From contig OZ287070.1 of NCBI GenBank assembly GCA_965645245.1, positions 2,232,001 through 2,296,000 of the forward strand: DNA of 64,000 bases, in the 5' to 3' direction. Shown here piece after piece: positions 63,486 through 64,000 of the stretch (the stretch's first letter is position 1; each line of letters starts with the position of its first letter). This DNA is from Massalongia carnosa. Taxonomy: Eukaryota. The notes below the pieces were generated by a model that was given only the letters and a program-made list of their open reading frames with translations, was not told the origin of the DNA and did not search any database. A program made the position numbers and the translations under genes.

Positions 63486-64000
63486 CTAGCGTGAGACGGT
63501 AGTGGTGCACCTGAACCCCACTCCAGGCAACTTGCTTCGCAAAAGGAGACTGCTGCAAACTACGCTCACACTGCTTAACGCCATGGCTAAGCTAGCCCAG
63601 ATAGGATCAAGTCGAATATGGCTGCCTTTGCTCACCACCGGGTACAATACGCCAGCAGCAATGGGGAGAGCGATGAGGTTGTAAACAAGAGCCCATCCAA
63701 AGTTGAACAAAACCCTCCTGAAGACGGCTTGGCTTAAATCAATGAGCACCAAAACCGATGTCAGGCACGAAGACATAAGCACAAACTCAGCAGACGATAT
63801 GGCAACGTCCGAGCCCGAACCTACCGCAATACCGACATCAGCCATGGTCAATGCCGCTGCGTCGTTGATGCCATCACCTATCATGGCGACCGTCGACCTA
63901 TGCTGAGGGCCGCGGCGACCTCGGCCTACCGAAGTCTTCTGAAGATATTGTATCTTCTCCGCCTTTTCATCAGGAAGAACTCCCGCAATCACCCTTTCCT
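63486..64000 (-). CDS. Heavy-metal P1B-1 (Cu+) ATPase, C-terminal part (gene runs off the window)
   Basis: AGVLPDEKAEKI; AMIGDGINDAAALTMADVGIAVGSGSDVAISSA hinge; YN motif (VYNLIALPIAAG) and MxxSS motif (AMALSSVSVV). Confidence 0.93.
   Translation of the reverse strand, partial: ERVIAGVLPDEKAEKIQYLQKTSVGRGRRGPQHRSTVAMIGDGINDAAALTMADVGIAVGSGSDVAISSAEFVLMSSCLTSVLVLIDLSQAVFRRVLFNFGWALVYNLIALPIAAGVLYPVVSKGSHIRLDPIWASLAMALSSVSVVCSSLLLRSKLPGVGFRCTTTVSR

Overview
Gene-dense, intron-containing nuclear DNA of a filamentous ascomycete (Pezizomycotina-type short GT-AG introns with CTRAC-like branch points; species not determinable from the sequence alone). About 24 protein-coding genes can be supported. 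Most are conserved housekeeping genes: TOS1-like, PEX13, flbC, SEC9, LCL3, ATG6, SF3B1, cystinosin, BUB2, ERV46, a GH32 invertase, FAN1, SDC1, RPS13, TDP1, PAL1-like, USB1, EPT1/CPT1, a giant DUF3659/LEA repeat protein and an IQM-like protein. Manual splicing reveals genes that the six-frame track fragments or hides. (i) At the right end is a compact heavy-metal module: a bacterial MerT-like small membrane protein, then a DUF4396 membrane protein only 54 bp downstream (both end in -CH*), convergent with a P1B-1 Cu(+) ATPase. This is the best candidate for an undescribed system. (ii) An atypical 8-Cys hydrophobin-like secreted protein. (iii) An intron-bearing gene retaining only the DNA-binding half of a Tc1/mariner transposase. 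(iv) An orphan with tandem RVxF-like motifs and a duplicated downstream element. No rRNA, tRNA, CRISPR or intact transposon was found. A 200-N assembly gap lies inside flbC. All family assignments come from motif recognition, not database searches.
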